Part shown: positions 28,701 to 38,329 of the stretch, piece by piece
Layout: the number at the start of each line of letters is the position of its first letter
How positions within the stretch are numbered: position 1 is the first letter of the stretch
Source: an uncultured Planctomycetia bacterium
Lineage (GTDB): Bacteria > Omnitrophota > Gorgyraeia > 2-01-FULL-45-10
Assembly (NCBI GenBank): GCA_964534705.1
Contig: CAZHPY010000004.1
Coordinates: 1 to 44,499 of the forward strand
DNA: 44,499 bases
Reading direction: 5' to 3'
The notes under the pieces: model-generated
Told to the model about the DNA's origin: nothing
Database searches by the model: none
What the model saw: the letters and a program-made list of their open reading frames with translations, nothing else
Program-made: the position numbers and the translations under genes

Positions 28701-31130
28701 TCAAATAGTTGTAAATTCCAGGTGATCGGCCTTAGAGGTTACGCGAATCTTGGCGCCATTTTTATAACTCCCCTTTATGATCTCTTCGGCAAGTGGGTCC
28801 TCCAGGAATCTCTGTATGGTCCGTTTTAAGGGTCTGGCGCCGAATATCTTATCAAATCCGCGCTCTATGAGTAGATCCTTTGCTTCTTTTGTCAATTCTA
28901 TATATATATTCTGGTCCTTCAGGCGAGATTCAACCTCGCTCATCTCCAATTCCACTATTTTTTCCAGATCTTCCCTGGTAAGCGGCCTGAACACGATTAT
29001 ATCATCTACCCTGTTTAAAAACTCGGGCTTAAACACCTTTTTAACCTCTTCGAACAAGCGCCCTTTCATCGTCTGGTATGTAACTTCTTCTTCCTGGGAT
29101 TTAAATCCTATGGAGCCTTGTTTCTTTAATGTCTCAGCGCCTATGTTAGAGGTCATTATTATTATGGTATTTTTAAAATCAACCTTTCTTCCGAACGAAT
29201 CTGTAAGGCGGCCCTCTTCCAGCATCTGCAGCAATATATTAAAAACGTCCGGATGCGCCTTTTCGATCTCATCCAATAGCACTACTGCATAAGGACGGCG
29301 CCTTACCTTTTCGGTCAACTGGCCCCCTTCTTCGTAGCCTACGTACCCCGGAGGCGCTCCTACAAGTCTTGATACGTTGAATTTTTCCATATATTCCGAC
29401 ATATCGATCTGGATCACCGCATCTTCGTCCCCGAACATGAATTCAGCCAACGCCCTGCCGACAAGGGTCTTGCCGACACCGGTAGGGCCCAGGAATACGA
29501 ATGACCCTATCGGCCTGCGCGGATCCTTGATGCCGGCGCGTGAACGCCTGACAGCATGCGCTATGGCGCTTATCGCCTCATCCTGGCCTATAACACGCTT
29601 ATGCAGGCCTTCTTCCATATTAAGGAACTTCACCTGCTCTTTTTCTTCTAATTTTATTATAGGGATGCCTGTCCATTTTGAGACTATAAAAGCAATATCG
29701 TCGTCTGTAACCTTCGGTTCAAATTTACCGCGCGACTCTTTCCACTCTTTCTTGATGCCGCCCAACTCTTCTTTCAGTTTTCGTTCATCATCCCTGAATT
29801 TCGCGGCCTTTTCAAAATCCTGGTTCTTGACACTCTGCTCTTTTTCCTTACGGACAGTCTCCATCTTATCTTCTATATGTTTTACATCCGGCGGCGCAGT
29901 CATCACTGAGAGGCGGGCACGCGCGCCGGCTTCATCGATCAGGTCTATAGCCTTATCCGGGAGATATCTTCCGGTAATGTATCTGTCAGAAAATTTTGCG
30001 GCTGCCTCCACGGCTTCATCTGTAAATTTTACCCTATGATGCGCTTCGTACTTATCGCGAAGCCCCTTTAATATCTCAATTGTTTCGCTTACCGAAGGCG
30101 GCTCGACCATAATAGTCTGGAAACGTCTTTCCAGGGCCGCGTCTTTTTCTATGTGCTTCCTGTATTCATCCAGTGTGGTAGCTCCTATGCATTGTATTTC
30201 ACCGCGCGATAAGGCCGGCTTAAGTATGTTAGATGCGTCGATCGCTCCTTCTGCGCCGCCTGCGCCGACCAAAGTATGGAGTTCGTCAATAAAAACTATT
30301 ATGTCTTCCGATCTTTTTATCTCGTCCATTACCGCCTTGATTCTCTCTTCGAACTGGCCCCTGTATTTTGTACCTGCCACCATTAGCGCAAGGTCCAGTA
30401 TTATTATCCTCTGGTCACGCAATATCTCCGGGACATCGCCTGCCACTATCTTCTGCGCCAGGCCTTCTACGATCGCGGTCTTTCCTACCCCGGCTTCTCC
30501 CAGTAACACAGGATTGTTCTTTGTCCGGCGCGACAGTATCTGTATTACGCGCTCGATCTCATTTTTGCGGCCTATTACAGGGTCTAATTTATTATCCCTT
30601 GCCAATTTTGTGAGGTCCCTGCCGAACGCATCCAGGGCCGGCGTTTTTGCGTGAGATACTTTCTGGCCCATCTCATATCCGGGGATAGAAGAACCCAGAA
30701 GGTTCATCACCTCTTCCCTTACCCTCTCCAGTTCGAGCCCCAGGTTCATCAATACCTGGGAAGCCACGCCTTCGCCTTCCCTTATCAGCCCTAATAAAAG
30801 ATGCTCTGTGCCGATATAATTATGCCCTAAAGCGCGAGCCTCCTCAGTAGCAAGCTCCATGACTTTTTTAGCCTTAGGCGTGAAAGGAAGGTCTCCTGAA
30901 ATTACCGTAGTAGGGCCCGGCTGGACCAGTTTCTCGACCTCTATCCTTATCTTATCCGGCGTAAGGCCAAAGCTTGCCAGCACCGCAGCCGCAACGCCTT
31001 CGCCTTCCCTGACCAATCCAAGAAGTATATGTTCGGTCCCGATATAATCATGGTTGAATCTTTTTGCCTCTTCCTTAGCCAGGAGTATTACTTTTCTTGC
31101 TCTTTCCGTAAACCTGTTAAACATTGCCAT
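28701..31130 (-). CDS. clpC: ATP-dependent Clp protease ATP-binding subunit ClpC
   Basis: It has a double Clp_N repeat, two AAA+ modules (GEAGVGKT and GPTGVGKT) and a UVR-like linker (FEKAAKFRDDE). Length is 809 aa. Confidence 0.9.
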   Translation of the reverse strand: MAMFNRFTERARKVILLAKEEAKRFNHDYIGTEHILLGLVREGEGVAAAVLASFGLTPDKIRIEVEKLVQPGPTTVISGDLPFTPKAKKVMELATEEARALGHNYIGTEHLLLGLIREGEGVASQVLMNLGLELERVREEVMNLLGSSIPGYEMGQKVSHAKTPALDAFGRDLTKLARDNKLDPVIGRKNEIERVIQILSRRTKNNPVLLGEAGVGKTAIVEGLAQKIVAGDVPEILRDQRIIILDLALMVAGTKYRGQFEERIKAVMDEIKRSEDIIVFIDELHTLVGAGGAEGAIDASNILKPALSRGEIQCIGATTLDEYRKHIEKDAALERRFQTIMVEPPSVSETIEILKGLRDKYEAHHRVKFTDEAVEAAAKFSDRYITGRYLPDKAIDLIDEAGARARLSVMTAPPDVKHIEDKMETVRKEKEQSVKNQDFEKAAKFRDDERKLKEELGGIKKEWKESRGKFEPKVTDDDIAFIVSKWTGIPIIKLEEKEQVKFLNMEEGLHKRVIGQDEAISAIAHAVRRSRAGIKDPRRPIGSFVFLGPTGVGKTLVGRALAEFMFGDEDAVIQIDMSEYMEKFNVSRLVGAPPGYVGYEEGGQLTEKVRRRPYAVVLLDEIEKAHPDVFNILLQMLEEGRLTDSFGRKVDFKNTIIIMTSNIGAETLKKQGSIGFKSQEEEVTYQTMKGRLFEEVKKVFKPEFLNRVDDIIVFRPLTREDLEKIVELEMSEVESRLKDQNIYIELTKEAKDLLIERGFDKIFGARPLKRTIQRFLEDPLAEEIIKGSYKNGAKIRVTSKADHLEFTTI

Positions 31131-31154
31131 TACAGACTCTCCTCATTTATATTC

Positions 31155-32207
31155 TTATTTTAATCTCTCCCTGATCAATTCTGCGCGTTTAATATCGCGC
31201 TCATTCGAACTTAATACCTTGTTTTCCAGTTTTTGAAGATGCGCAGGCTGTGTAAGTATAAGCAGCTCATTGACCATTCTTCTGTCAAGGTTCTTCACGA
31301 TACCCAGGTCCACGCCAAGCCTTATGGCCGAAAGAAGCGCTATCGTTTCATTGCTGGTAATAATATGCGCATTCTTAAGTGTCCCGTATGCGCGCCATAC
31401 CCTGTCAACAAGGGCTTCCTTATTTTTCGCGAGTATTTTTCTTCTTGTCGTTTCTTCGCGTCCTATGATCTGGTTTATGATCCTTTCGATATTATCTATG
31501 ATCTCTTCTTCCGTCCTGCCTAAAGCAAGCTGGTTTGACACCTGGAAAAGATTCCCGCTGGCTTCCGTACCTTCCCCGTATAATCCCCTGATGTTGAGGC
31601 CTAATTTTGCCGTTGCCTGCAGGATCTTCCCTATCTGGCCGGTGAACACAAGGCTCGGCAGGTGAAGCATTATGGAGCCGCGAAGGCCTGTCCCCGTATT
31701 GGTCGGACATGCCGTAAGATATCCCCATTTCGTAGAATAAGCGAACGATAATTTTTTACTGAATTCCGTATCTATCGCGTCGATTATTCTCCAGCACTCC
31801 ATCAGGTTCAGCCCTGATTGGAATATCTGTATCCTCAGATGGTCCTCTTCATTGACCATTATACTTATCATTTCTTTTGAATCGACTATAAGCGCTTTAT
31901 ATTCGACGTCCTTCGTATGCTCGGGGCTCATAAGATGCCGCTCTACGAGAAATAGCCTGTCGACTTCGGATAGGTCCTTAAGTCGCAAAAAAAGCGCGTC
32001 TTTAAGATAGGTTACGGATCTTGCCGCATCAAGCACTACCTTCAATATGTCTTCCCGCTGCGTCCTGTCGGCCCATTGTGAAAATGCCAATTTATCGAGA
32101 TTCCTGGCCAACCTGGTCCTGGAAGACATAACTATATCGGAATTAGGCCCTGTCCCTTTCAACCACTCGCAATCATGCTTTAACAGATCATCCAATTTCA
32201 CGATCAA
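31155..32207 (-). CDS. mcsB: protein arginine kinase
   Basis: It has the guanidino-kinase core LTACPTNTGTGLRGS and lies adjacent to mcsA and clpC. Confidence 0.9.
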   Translation of the reverse strand: MIVKLDDLLKHDCEWLKGTGPNSDIVMSSRTRLARNLDKLAFSQWADRTQREDILKVVLDAARSVTYLKDALFLRLKDLSEVDRLFLVERHLMSPEHTKDVEYKALIVDSKEMISIMVNEEDHLRIQIFQSGLNLMECWRIIDAIDTEFSKKLSFAYSTKWGYLTACPTNTGTGLRGSIMLHLPSLVFTGQIGKILQATAKLGLNIRGLYGEGTEASGNLFQVSNQLALGRTEEEIIDNIERIINQIIGREETTRRKILAKNKEALVDRVWRAYGTLKNAHIITSNETIALLSAIRLGVDLGIVKNLDRRMVNELLILTQPAHLQKLENKVLSSNERDIKRAELIRERLK

Positions 32208-32716
32208 TTTTCCTTTGTTATTTTGTTTTCAAGTTCTTTTATTTTATCCCTCAGCTTAGCGGCCTCTTCAAATTCTTCCATCTGTATCGCCTTCTCGAGC
32301 TGGATCCTGAGATCCTGCAATGTCCTGGTATCCCGGATGGTTTTCCCGCCCTTTAACGGAACCTTGCCTACGTGCCTGTCTGAGCCATGGATCCTCTTCA
32401 ATAAGGGCCCCAGCTCTTTCTTAAAGGCTTCGTAACACTCGCTGCAGCCAAGCCTGCCAAGTTTGCGGAAATTCTGGTATGTCAGGCCGCAATTCGGGCA
32501 TTTTATCGAAATAGCTGTTTCAGGCTCAACGGTCGGACCCATATCGGTAAGGCCCGCCAGGAGCTCGCTAAGGCCGAAATGCTCTTCCATCTCGGCTCCT
32601 TTTTCCCGCGCGCAATCTTCGCATAGGTTCAGTTTTGATACCTGGTCATTAACTATCTCGGTTAAATGAACAGTCGCTTCTTTTTTGCCGCATATATCAC
32701 AGAACATATCTTTCAC
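32204..32716 (-). CDS. mcsA: McsA-like activator (zinc fingers + UVR motif)
   Basis: It has CDIC...CEDC and CPNC...CSEC pairs and a C-terminal UVR motif (MEEFEEAAKLRDKIKELE). Confidence 0.8.
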   Translation of the reverse strand: MKDMFCDICGKKEATVHLTEIVNDQVSKLNLCEDCAREKGAEMEEHFGLSELLAGLTDMGPTVEPETAISIKCPNCGLTYQNFRKLGRLGCSECYEAFKKELGPLLKRIHGSDRHVGKVPLKGGKTIRDTRTLQDLRIQLEKAIQMEEFEEAAKLRDKIKELENKITKEN

Positions 32717-33569
32717 CGTCCGTTTTGGTCAATTTTTTAAATTCATCCAGAAGACGCATCGTAATAGGGCCAGGCTTGCCGGCCCCGATCTGTTTCTTGT
32801 CGATCGCTGTTACAGGAATTATCTCAGCGGCCGTACCGGTAAGGAATACCTCGTCTGCATTATACAGGTCTTCGAGCCTCAGCATCTTCTCTTCAAAGCG
32901 CACATTTGCCGACCCCGCCACTTCCAGCACAGCATCTCTTGTTATACCTTCAAGGGCGCCGACATCTGTCGGAGGAGTAATAAGCTTTCCGTCCTTAACC
33001 ATAAATATGTTATCACCCGTACATTCAGCGACATAATCATTATAAGAAAGCATTATCGCTTCTTCTGTGCCTGCCTTGATCGCGTCGATCTTTGCAAGGA
33101 TATTATTAAGATAATTCAATGATTTTATTTTCGGATCAAGGGCCGTTGTAAGATTGCGCCTTGTCTTTGCCGTAACTATTTCCAGCCCATTCCGGTAAAA
33201 CTTTTCCGGATAAAGAGCTATTTTATCTGTAATAATGAAAACGGTTGAAGACTTGCACTTTCTGGGATCGAGCCCAAGGTCGCCCGGCCCTCTTGTCACA
33301 ACGAGACGGATATACGCCCCCTTAAGCTTATTTGCTTTCAGTGTCTTCACAATGGCCTTTTTCATATTGTCTTTGGTCATGGGTATTTTTAACTGGATGG
33401 CTTCGGCAGAGCGATATAGCCTGTCAATATGTTCTTTTAGCCTGAATATCAATCCGTCATAAGACCGTATGCCTTCAAACACACCATCCCCATATAAAAG
33501 GCCGTGATCAAAGACGGAGATAACCGCTTTTTCCTTTTTCACCAGTTTCCCATTAAGATATATAAGCAT
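32697..33569 (-). CDS. ilvE: branched-chain amino acid aminotransferase (class IV)
   Basis: Motifs are VFDHGLLYGDGVFEG, YIRLVVTRG and EVFLTGTAAEI. Confidence 0.85.
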   Translation of the reverse strand: MLIYLNGKLVKKEKAVISVFDHGLLYGDGVFEGIRSYDGLIFRLKEHIDRLYRSAEAIQLKIPMTKDNMKKAIVKTLKANKLKGAYIRLVVTRGPGDLGLDPRKCKSSTVFIITDKIALYPEKFYRNGLEIVTAKTRRNLTTALDPKIKSLNYLNNILAKIDAIKAGTEEAIMLSYNDYVAECTGDNIFMVKDGKLITPPTDVGALEGITRDAVLEVAGSANVRFEEKMLRLEDLYNADEVFLTGTAAEIIPVTAIDKKQIGAGKPGPITMRLLDEFKKLTKTDGERYVL

Positions 33570-33595
33570 ATATGTCCCCTATTTTGAGTATATAT

Positions 33596-33624
33596 AATAT
33601 ATATAATAAATGTGCTGATGTCAA
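33596..33624 (-). promoter_or_regulatory. candidate sigma-70 promoter upstream of ilvE
   Basis: On the minus strand: TTGACA (33624-33619), 17-nt spacer, TATATT (33601-33596). The gap is AT-rich, so chance matches are likely. Confidence 0.3.
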
Positions 33625-33652
33625 ATGTAATTAGGAATAACAGAAAGGCAGG

Positions 33653-34339
33653 TTATACCAGCTTGCCGTCTTTGAGGTAAATTACGCGGTCAACCTTAGA
33701 AGCGATCCTTTCATCGTGGGATACTATTACCAGGGTGGTATTATTTTTTGACTTTAGTCCAAGTAAGAGCTCGTATATAGATTCGCTGTTCTTTGAATCA
33801 AGATTGCCTGTAGGCTCGTCACAAAGGAGAATGTCAGGCTCATTCACAAGGGCCCTGGCAATAGCCACTCTCTGCGATTCTCCACCGGATAAATGCGAAG
33901 GAAGATGGCTTATCCTATGCTCAAGGCCTACGATCTTTAACAGGTGCCTTGCCTTATCTTCCAGACACTGCCTGGCATTCCTTCTTTCCCGCTTATTTAT
34001 CAAAGCCGGCAGCATGACATTTTCCAGGGCGGTAAATTCCGGCAGTAAATGATAAAACTGGAACACAAACCCTATCCTGCCGTTCCTAACTTCTGCCCTT
34101 TGTTTATCCGCAAGCCTGTACATGTTTGTATCGCCCAGGAACACCTTGCCTGATGTCGGCTTATCCAATCCGCCGAGGATATGCATAAGGGTTGATTTTC
34201 CGGCGCCGGATGGGCCTACCATTGCTACGGAAAGGCCCTTTTTTATCTCAACGCTTACTCCATTAACTGCCCTTACCTCTTTTGTGCCTGTTTTGTATAT
34301 CTTATGCAGGTCTTTTGCCGATAGTAACTGGTCATTCAT
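33653..34339 (-). CDS. lolD: lipoprotein-releasing system ATP-binding protein
   Basis: It has Walker A GPSGAGKST, LSGGESQRVAIARAL and LLCDEPTGNLD. It is paired with a LolC/E-type permease. Confidence 0.8.
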   Translation of the reverse strand: MNDQLLSAKDLHKIYKTGTKEVRAVNGVSVEIKKGLSVAMVGPSGAGKSTLMHILGGLDKPTSGKVFLGDTNMYRLADKQRAEVRNGRIGFVFQFYHLLPEFTALENVMLPALINKRERRNARQCLEDKARHLLKIVGLEHRISHLPSHLSGGESQRVAIARALVNEPDILLCDEPTGNLDSKNSESIYELLLGLKSKNNTTLVIVSHDERIASKVDRVIYLKDGKLV

Positions 34340-35513
34340 AACGGAGGGCCTCTACCGGATCGAGTCTCGACGCTTTATACGCCGGATAGATCGTAGCCAA
34401 AAGGCTTATAAGGATACTGGACAGGACTATGACAAGAATATCCTGCGGCTCTAATTTTACAGGCAACTTATCTATATAATATATATCCTGCGGCAATGAG
34501 ATAAATTTGTATGTTTTCAGGCACCAGCACAAGGCCACCCCTAAAGCCGTACCAAAGGCGGTTCCCAGGATGCCTATCATGCCGCCTTCTATGGCAAATA
34601 GCACCATTACATTATTATTGCTTGCGCCGATCGACTTGAGTATGCCTATATCCTTTGTCTTTTCGAGGACTGTCATTATCAGGGTGCTGGCAATATTCAG
34701 GCATGCAACGATCACTATAAGCGTCAATATAAGGAACATTACGGTTTTTTCCAATTTCAGCGCGGCAAGAAGATTCTTGTTCTGTTCCATCCATGTTCTG
34801 ACAATAAAGGCCGTGCCCAATCTTCTCAATAGATCCCTTTTTACCTCTAAGGCGTTGAATTCGTCATCGATCTTTATGCCGATACCGCTGACCAGGCCCG
34901 ATACGGCAAAAAGCTCCTGCGCCTTCTTCACGTCCACGAAAACAAAATTCATGTCATATTCATACATGCCGGAAGTAAATATGCCGCATACCTTTAATGT
35001 CATTCCTTTTGTATCCGACGGGGACACTAGCGTTATCTTATCCCCCAACCGCAGCCGCAGCTTCGAAGCCAACTCATTGCCTATGACAATACCGTCCTGG
35101 CCGAAATTTAAAGTTCCTTGCGTCAGATATGCTTTTATCTTACTTATCTTTTCTTCGCCTGCGCTTTCTATGCCTTTGACTATAACACCTGTAACGTTTT
35201 CATTTCTGCGTACAAGGGCCTGGCCGTGCAAATAAGGCGCAACCGCAACGACATGCGGGGCCTCAAGGATCTTAGCGATAAAATCCTGCGAAGAGCTCAC
35301 GCCGTAATCTGATTCTACGACCAGGTGCGCGTTCATCCCTATTATTTTTTCCCTGAGATCATTATCAAAACCGGACATTACCGAGATGACCACGATAAGC
35401 GCGGCAACGCCGACGGCTATGCCGAGTATTGATATCATGCTTATTATGGATATGAATTTCTCTTTATGCCTTGATGTGAGATATCTGAGGGCTACAAAAT
35501 AGAGCCAGTTCAT
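34332..35513 (-). CDS. lolC: lipoprotein-releasing system permease (LolC/E, FtsX-like)
   Basis: The N-terminus is ALRYLTSRHKEKFISIIS. It has a large periplasmic loop and a C-terminal FtsX domain. Confidence 0.8.
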   Translation of the reverse strand: MNWLYFVALRYLTSRHKEKFISIISMISILGIAVGVAALIVVISVMSGFDNDLREKIIGMNAHLVVESDYGVSSSQDFIAKILEAPHVVAVAPYLHGQALVRRNENVTGVIVKGIESAGEEKISKIKAYLTQGTLNFGQDGIVIGNELASKLRLRLGDKITLVSPSDTKGMTLKVCGIFTSGMYEYDMNFVFVDVKKAQELFAVSGLVSGIGIKIDDEFNALEVKRDLLRRLGTAFIVRTWMEQNKNLLAALKLEKTVMFLILTLIVIVACLNIASTLIMTVLEKTKDIGILKSIGASNNNVMVLFAIEGGMIGILGTAFGTALGVALCWCLKTYKFISLPQDIYYIDKLPVKLEPQDILVIVLSSILISLLATIYPAYKASRLDPVEALRYE

Positions 35514-36964
35514 TCAACGTTTTCTGGTTTTAACTGCGGGAACAGTATGACATCCCGTATGGACGGTGAATTTGTCAACACCATAACCAGCCTGTCTATG
35601 CCTATACCCAGTCCGCCTGCGGGTGGCATGCCGTACTCCAGGGCACGGACAAAGTCATAGTCTATTTTATTTTTCCTATCCTTGACGCCTTCCAGATCGG
35701 CTTCGAAACGTTTTGCCTGCTCTATCGGATCATTAAGCTCCGAATACGCATTCGCCACTTCCATTCCGCCCATATAAAGCTCGAACCGGTCTGTAAGAAG
35801 AGGGTTATCCCTTCTGCATTTGGCAAGCGGGCACATTTCTTTAAAAATATCTACGACGAACACGGGGTGGTTATGCGCCTTTGGCTCTATCAACTCACCC
35901 ACTATGTTGATGATCTGGGTCCTGGATAATTCTTTTCCTTCGATCTCGATTCCTTTATTCTTTAATTTCTTTATCCATTCTTCCTGGCTTTCATCGGGAC
36001 TTATGCCGAACTGTTCCTTCATGAGGTCAGCAAAAGAGATCTTTTCCCATTTGGACAGGTCTATTGTCTTACCCTGATATTCGAAAGAGGCCTTGCCTAA
36101 AATAGACTGGGCCAGGCTCGTTATAAGCTCCTCCGTTAATTTCATCATCCCCGCGCAATCTGAATATGCCTCATAAACTTCCAGCATAGTGAATTCAGGA
36201 TTATGCCTGGTGGAAATACCTTCGTTCCTGAAATTCCTGTTGACCTCATAGACCTTATCAAGTCCGCCCACTAAAAGCCTTTTAAGGAAAAGTTCGGGCG
36301 CTATCCTCAGATAAAGATCTATACTCAAGGCTTCATGATGCGTCTTAAAAGGTTTTCCCGCCGCGCCACCGGGTATAGACTGCATCATAGGCGTTTCGAC
36401 CTCAAGAAATCCTTTGGAATCAAGAAAAGAGCGTATATGGCTGACCACCCTCGACCTGGCGACAAACACTTTTCTTACGTCATCGTTCATGGCCAGATCT
36501 ACGTAACGCTGCCTGTACCTGGTTTCAACATCCTTAAGGCCGTGCCATTTTTCCGGAAGCGGCCGCAGCGACTTTGACAGGATAACAAGTTCAGTGGTTT
36601 TTAAGGACGGTTCGCCCGTCCTTGTTTTAAAGGTTTCTCCCTTCACCCCGACAAAATCACCTATATCAAGGTTGTTCGATAGCTCAAAACCGGCCTCTCC
36701 AACGATATCGGCTTTAACATAAAGCTGTATCTTCCCTGTGGAATCTTTAAGGTCGTAGAATTTTGCCTTCCCATGTTCGCGGCATGCCATCAGCCTGCCC
36801 GCCAGTGTAACGGATTGCCCCTCGGTAAAATTATCCGTGATCTTCTTTATGGTAGCTGTGGTATCAAATCTGCCGCCATACGCATAAATGCCCTTATTAT
36901 TTATTGCATCAAGTTTCGCTTTTCTCTGCCTGATAAGCTCGTTCTCTTCGTGTTCGATCGTCAT
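35510..36964 (-). CDS. lysS: lysine--tRNA ligase (class II)
   Basis: It has an N-terminal OB fold and class II motifs, including FRNEGIS and GGLGIGIDRL. Confidence 0.95.
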   Translation of the reverse strand: MTIEHEENELIRQRKAKLDAINNKGIYAYGGRFDTTATIKKITDNFTEGQSVTLAGRLMACREHGKAKFYDLKDSTGKIQLYVKADIVGEAGFELSNNLDIGDFVGVKGETFKTRTGEPSLKTTELVILSKSLRPLPEKWHGLKDVETRYRQRYVDLAMNDDVRKVFVARSRVVSHIRSFLDSKGFLEVETPMMQSIPGGAAGKPFKTHHEALSIDLYLRIAPELFLKRLLVGGLDKVYEVNRNFRNEGISTRHNPEFTMLEVYEAYSDCAGMMKLTEELITSLAQSILGKASFEYQGKTIDLSKWEKISFADLMKEQFGISPDESQEEWIKKLKNKGIEIEGKELSRTQIINIVGELIEPKAHNHPVFVVDIFKEMCPLAKCRRDNPLLTDRFELYMGGMEVANAYSELNDPIEQAKRFEADLEGVKDRKNKIDYDFVRALEYGMPPAGGLGIGIDRLVMVLTNSPSIRDVILFPQLKPENVE

Positions 36965-36989
36965 ATAAGTTCCCTTCTATATTCAGACA

Positions 36990-37018
36990 ATTATATACCA
37001 CCTATATGCCAGGGTCAA
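36990..37018 (-). promoter_or_regulatory. candidate sigma-70 promoter for lysS and the downstream block
   Basis: On the minus strand: TTGACC (37018-37013), 17-nt spacer, TATAAT (36995-36990). It lies 25 nt upstream of the lysS ATG. Confidence 0.55.
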
Positions 37019-37044
37019 TACTATATTGCGCATCAAGATATTAC

Positions 37045-37074
37045 TTGACCTGCCGACGGGAGGCGTGATATCGT
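37045..37074 (+). promoter_or_regulatory. candidate sigma-70-type promoter for the ECF sigma gene
   Basis: TTGACC (37045-37050), 18-nt spacer, TATCGT (37069-37074). It ends only 9 nt before ATG 37084, and no SD is visible. Confidence 0.3.
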
Positions 37075-37083
37075 ATTTTTCTG

Positions 37084-37692
37084 ATGAAATACGATCATAT
37101 CGAAAGCGACCGTAATATCGTTGAAGGCTGCATAAATAAAGACTTGGCATGCTGGAACGCCTTGATATCAAAATACTCCAGGCTTATATACATATCCATA
37201 GAAAAACGCCTTAAAAAATACGGTTTTACGCTTCCGCAGCATGACATAGAAGATATCCGCCAAAATGTACTGTCTTCTATATGGAAAGAAGACAAGCTGA
37301 AAGATGTGACAAGCAGGGAAAATATTTCTTATTGGCTGTCCATAGTATCCGGAAATGCCGCGATAGCATACATGCGAAAGCCGGATACAAGAAATATAAA
37401 TAAGACATTATCGCTTGACGAAACAAGATATGAAAAGAGCGCATATGATACGATAGCCGCCGGCACATCAGGTCCCGATAGCCATATTCTGAGAAAAGAA
37501 ATGGAAGAAAAAATAGATAAAGCCATCAAGGGGCTTTCATCAAAAGAGAAACTTATTATAAGGCTTATGCTCTTCCATGAAAAAAAGCACTATGAAATCG
37601 CGGAAATGCTCGGCGTGCCGGAGGGTACGATATCGTCCTGCATCAAAAGAGCAAAGGATAAATTAAAAGGTTGTTTACAGGATTTTAAATAA
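37084..37692 (+). CDS. ECF-type RNA polymerase sigma factor
   Basis: It is about 200 aa, with region 2 (NALISKYSRLIYISI...DIRQNV) and a region 4 HTH (YEIAEMLGVPEGTISSCIKRAK). Confidence 0.85.
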   Translation: MKYDHIESDRNIVEGCINKDLACWNALISKYSRLIYISIEKRLKKYGFTLPQHDIEDIRQNVLSSIWKEDKLKDVTSRENISYWLSIVSGNAAIAYMRKPDTRNINKTLSLDETRYEKSAYDTIAAGTSGPDSHILRKEMEEKIDKAIKGLSSKEKLIIRLMLFHEKKHYEIAEMLGVPEGTISSCIKRAKDKLKGCLQDFK

Positions 37693-37696
37693 AAAA

Positions 37697-37723
37697 TGCA
37701 AGAATTTTGACCATTTTAGCGTC
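37697..37723 (+). promoter_or_regulatory. ECF-type promoter-like motif TGCAAG-N17-CGTC (copy 1)
   Basis: It lies between the sigma stop (37692) and the anti-sigma start. It is part of a ~45-nt block repeated at 38296-38345. Confidence 0.4.
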
Positions 37724-37744
37724 TTATATATGTGGGAGGTTTTC

Positions 37745-38194
37745 ATGACAGAAACAGGAAACAAAGTAAACATTCATCCTTCAGAAGCCGAATTATCCGA
37801 TTATCTTGGTGGTGTTTCGGCAGGCAACGACAAGACAAAACTGGAAAATCACATAGCCTGCTGCCCTGAATGCCTGACAAGGATAGTTTCCGCTTATGAA
37901 GCAGTAAGGGACTTCGAAAAAATGAATCCGGACAAGAAAAGGAAGGGGCGTATCATGAAAAGGCTTAACATTTATTTAATTCTTGCCACTGTCTCATTTA
38001 TACTATCGTTTATCATACCTCAGTATTTTATACAGCTTCTCACCGCTACTCTACTTTTAGGTATAAAATGGGTAGCGGATGCCAAATCCACAAAGATGCT
38101 TGTCATGATATATGAGGCCTGGAAAAATGGCGGTGAAAAAGAAGCGTCCCGTATTTTAAAGACGCTTGACCAAAACCCAAAAAACCGCCTGTAA
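37745..38194 (+). CDS. anti-sigma factor (zf-HC2 type) with C-terminal TM segments
   Basis: It has the HIACCPECLTRI zinc motif followed by hydrophobic helices. I take ATG 37745, which is preceded by GGGAGG. The track start at 37730 would lie inside the promoter-like block. Confidence 0.7.
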   Translation: MTETGNKVNIHPSEAELSDYLGGVSAGNDKTKLENHIACCPECLTRIVSAYEAVRDFEKMNPDKKRKGRIMKRLNIYLILATVSFILSFIIPQYFIQLLTATLLLGIKWVADAKSTKMLVMIYEAWKNGGEKEASRILKTLDQNPKNRL

Positions 38195-38302
38195 AATATC
38201 GTTGACTTACTGATCCTGATTTTACGCTTATACCCTATCGTTATTGTAACTCCTTTTAATCCAATCTGTTACAACTCCAATTAAAAATATTTTAAAAAAA
38301 AT

Positions 38303-38329
38303 TGCAAGAATTTTCCCACTTTTAGCGTC
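38303..38329 (+). promoter_or_regulatory. ECF-type promoter-like motif TGCAAG-N17-CGTC (copy 2)
   Basis: It lies about 40 nt upstream of the spoVG ATG. The outer boxes are identical to copy 1, and 13 of 17 spacer positions match. Confidence 0.4.

Noticed and set aside
38195-38295. The largest non-coding stretch, checked for a tRNA, a small RNA or a terminator after the anti-sigma gene. It contains a short direct repeat, GTAACTCC / GTTACAACTCC.
   Set aside because: There is no cloverleaf-compatible arm pattern, no GC-rich stem with a U-tract, and no convincing -35/-10 pair. The repeat is too short to interpret.
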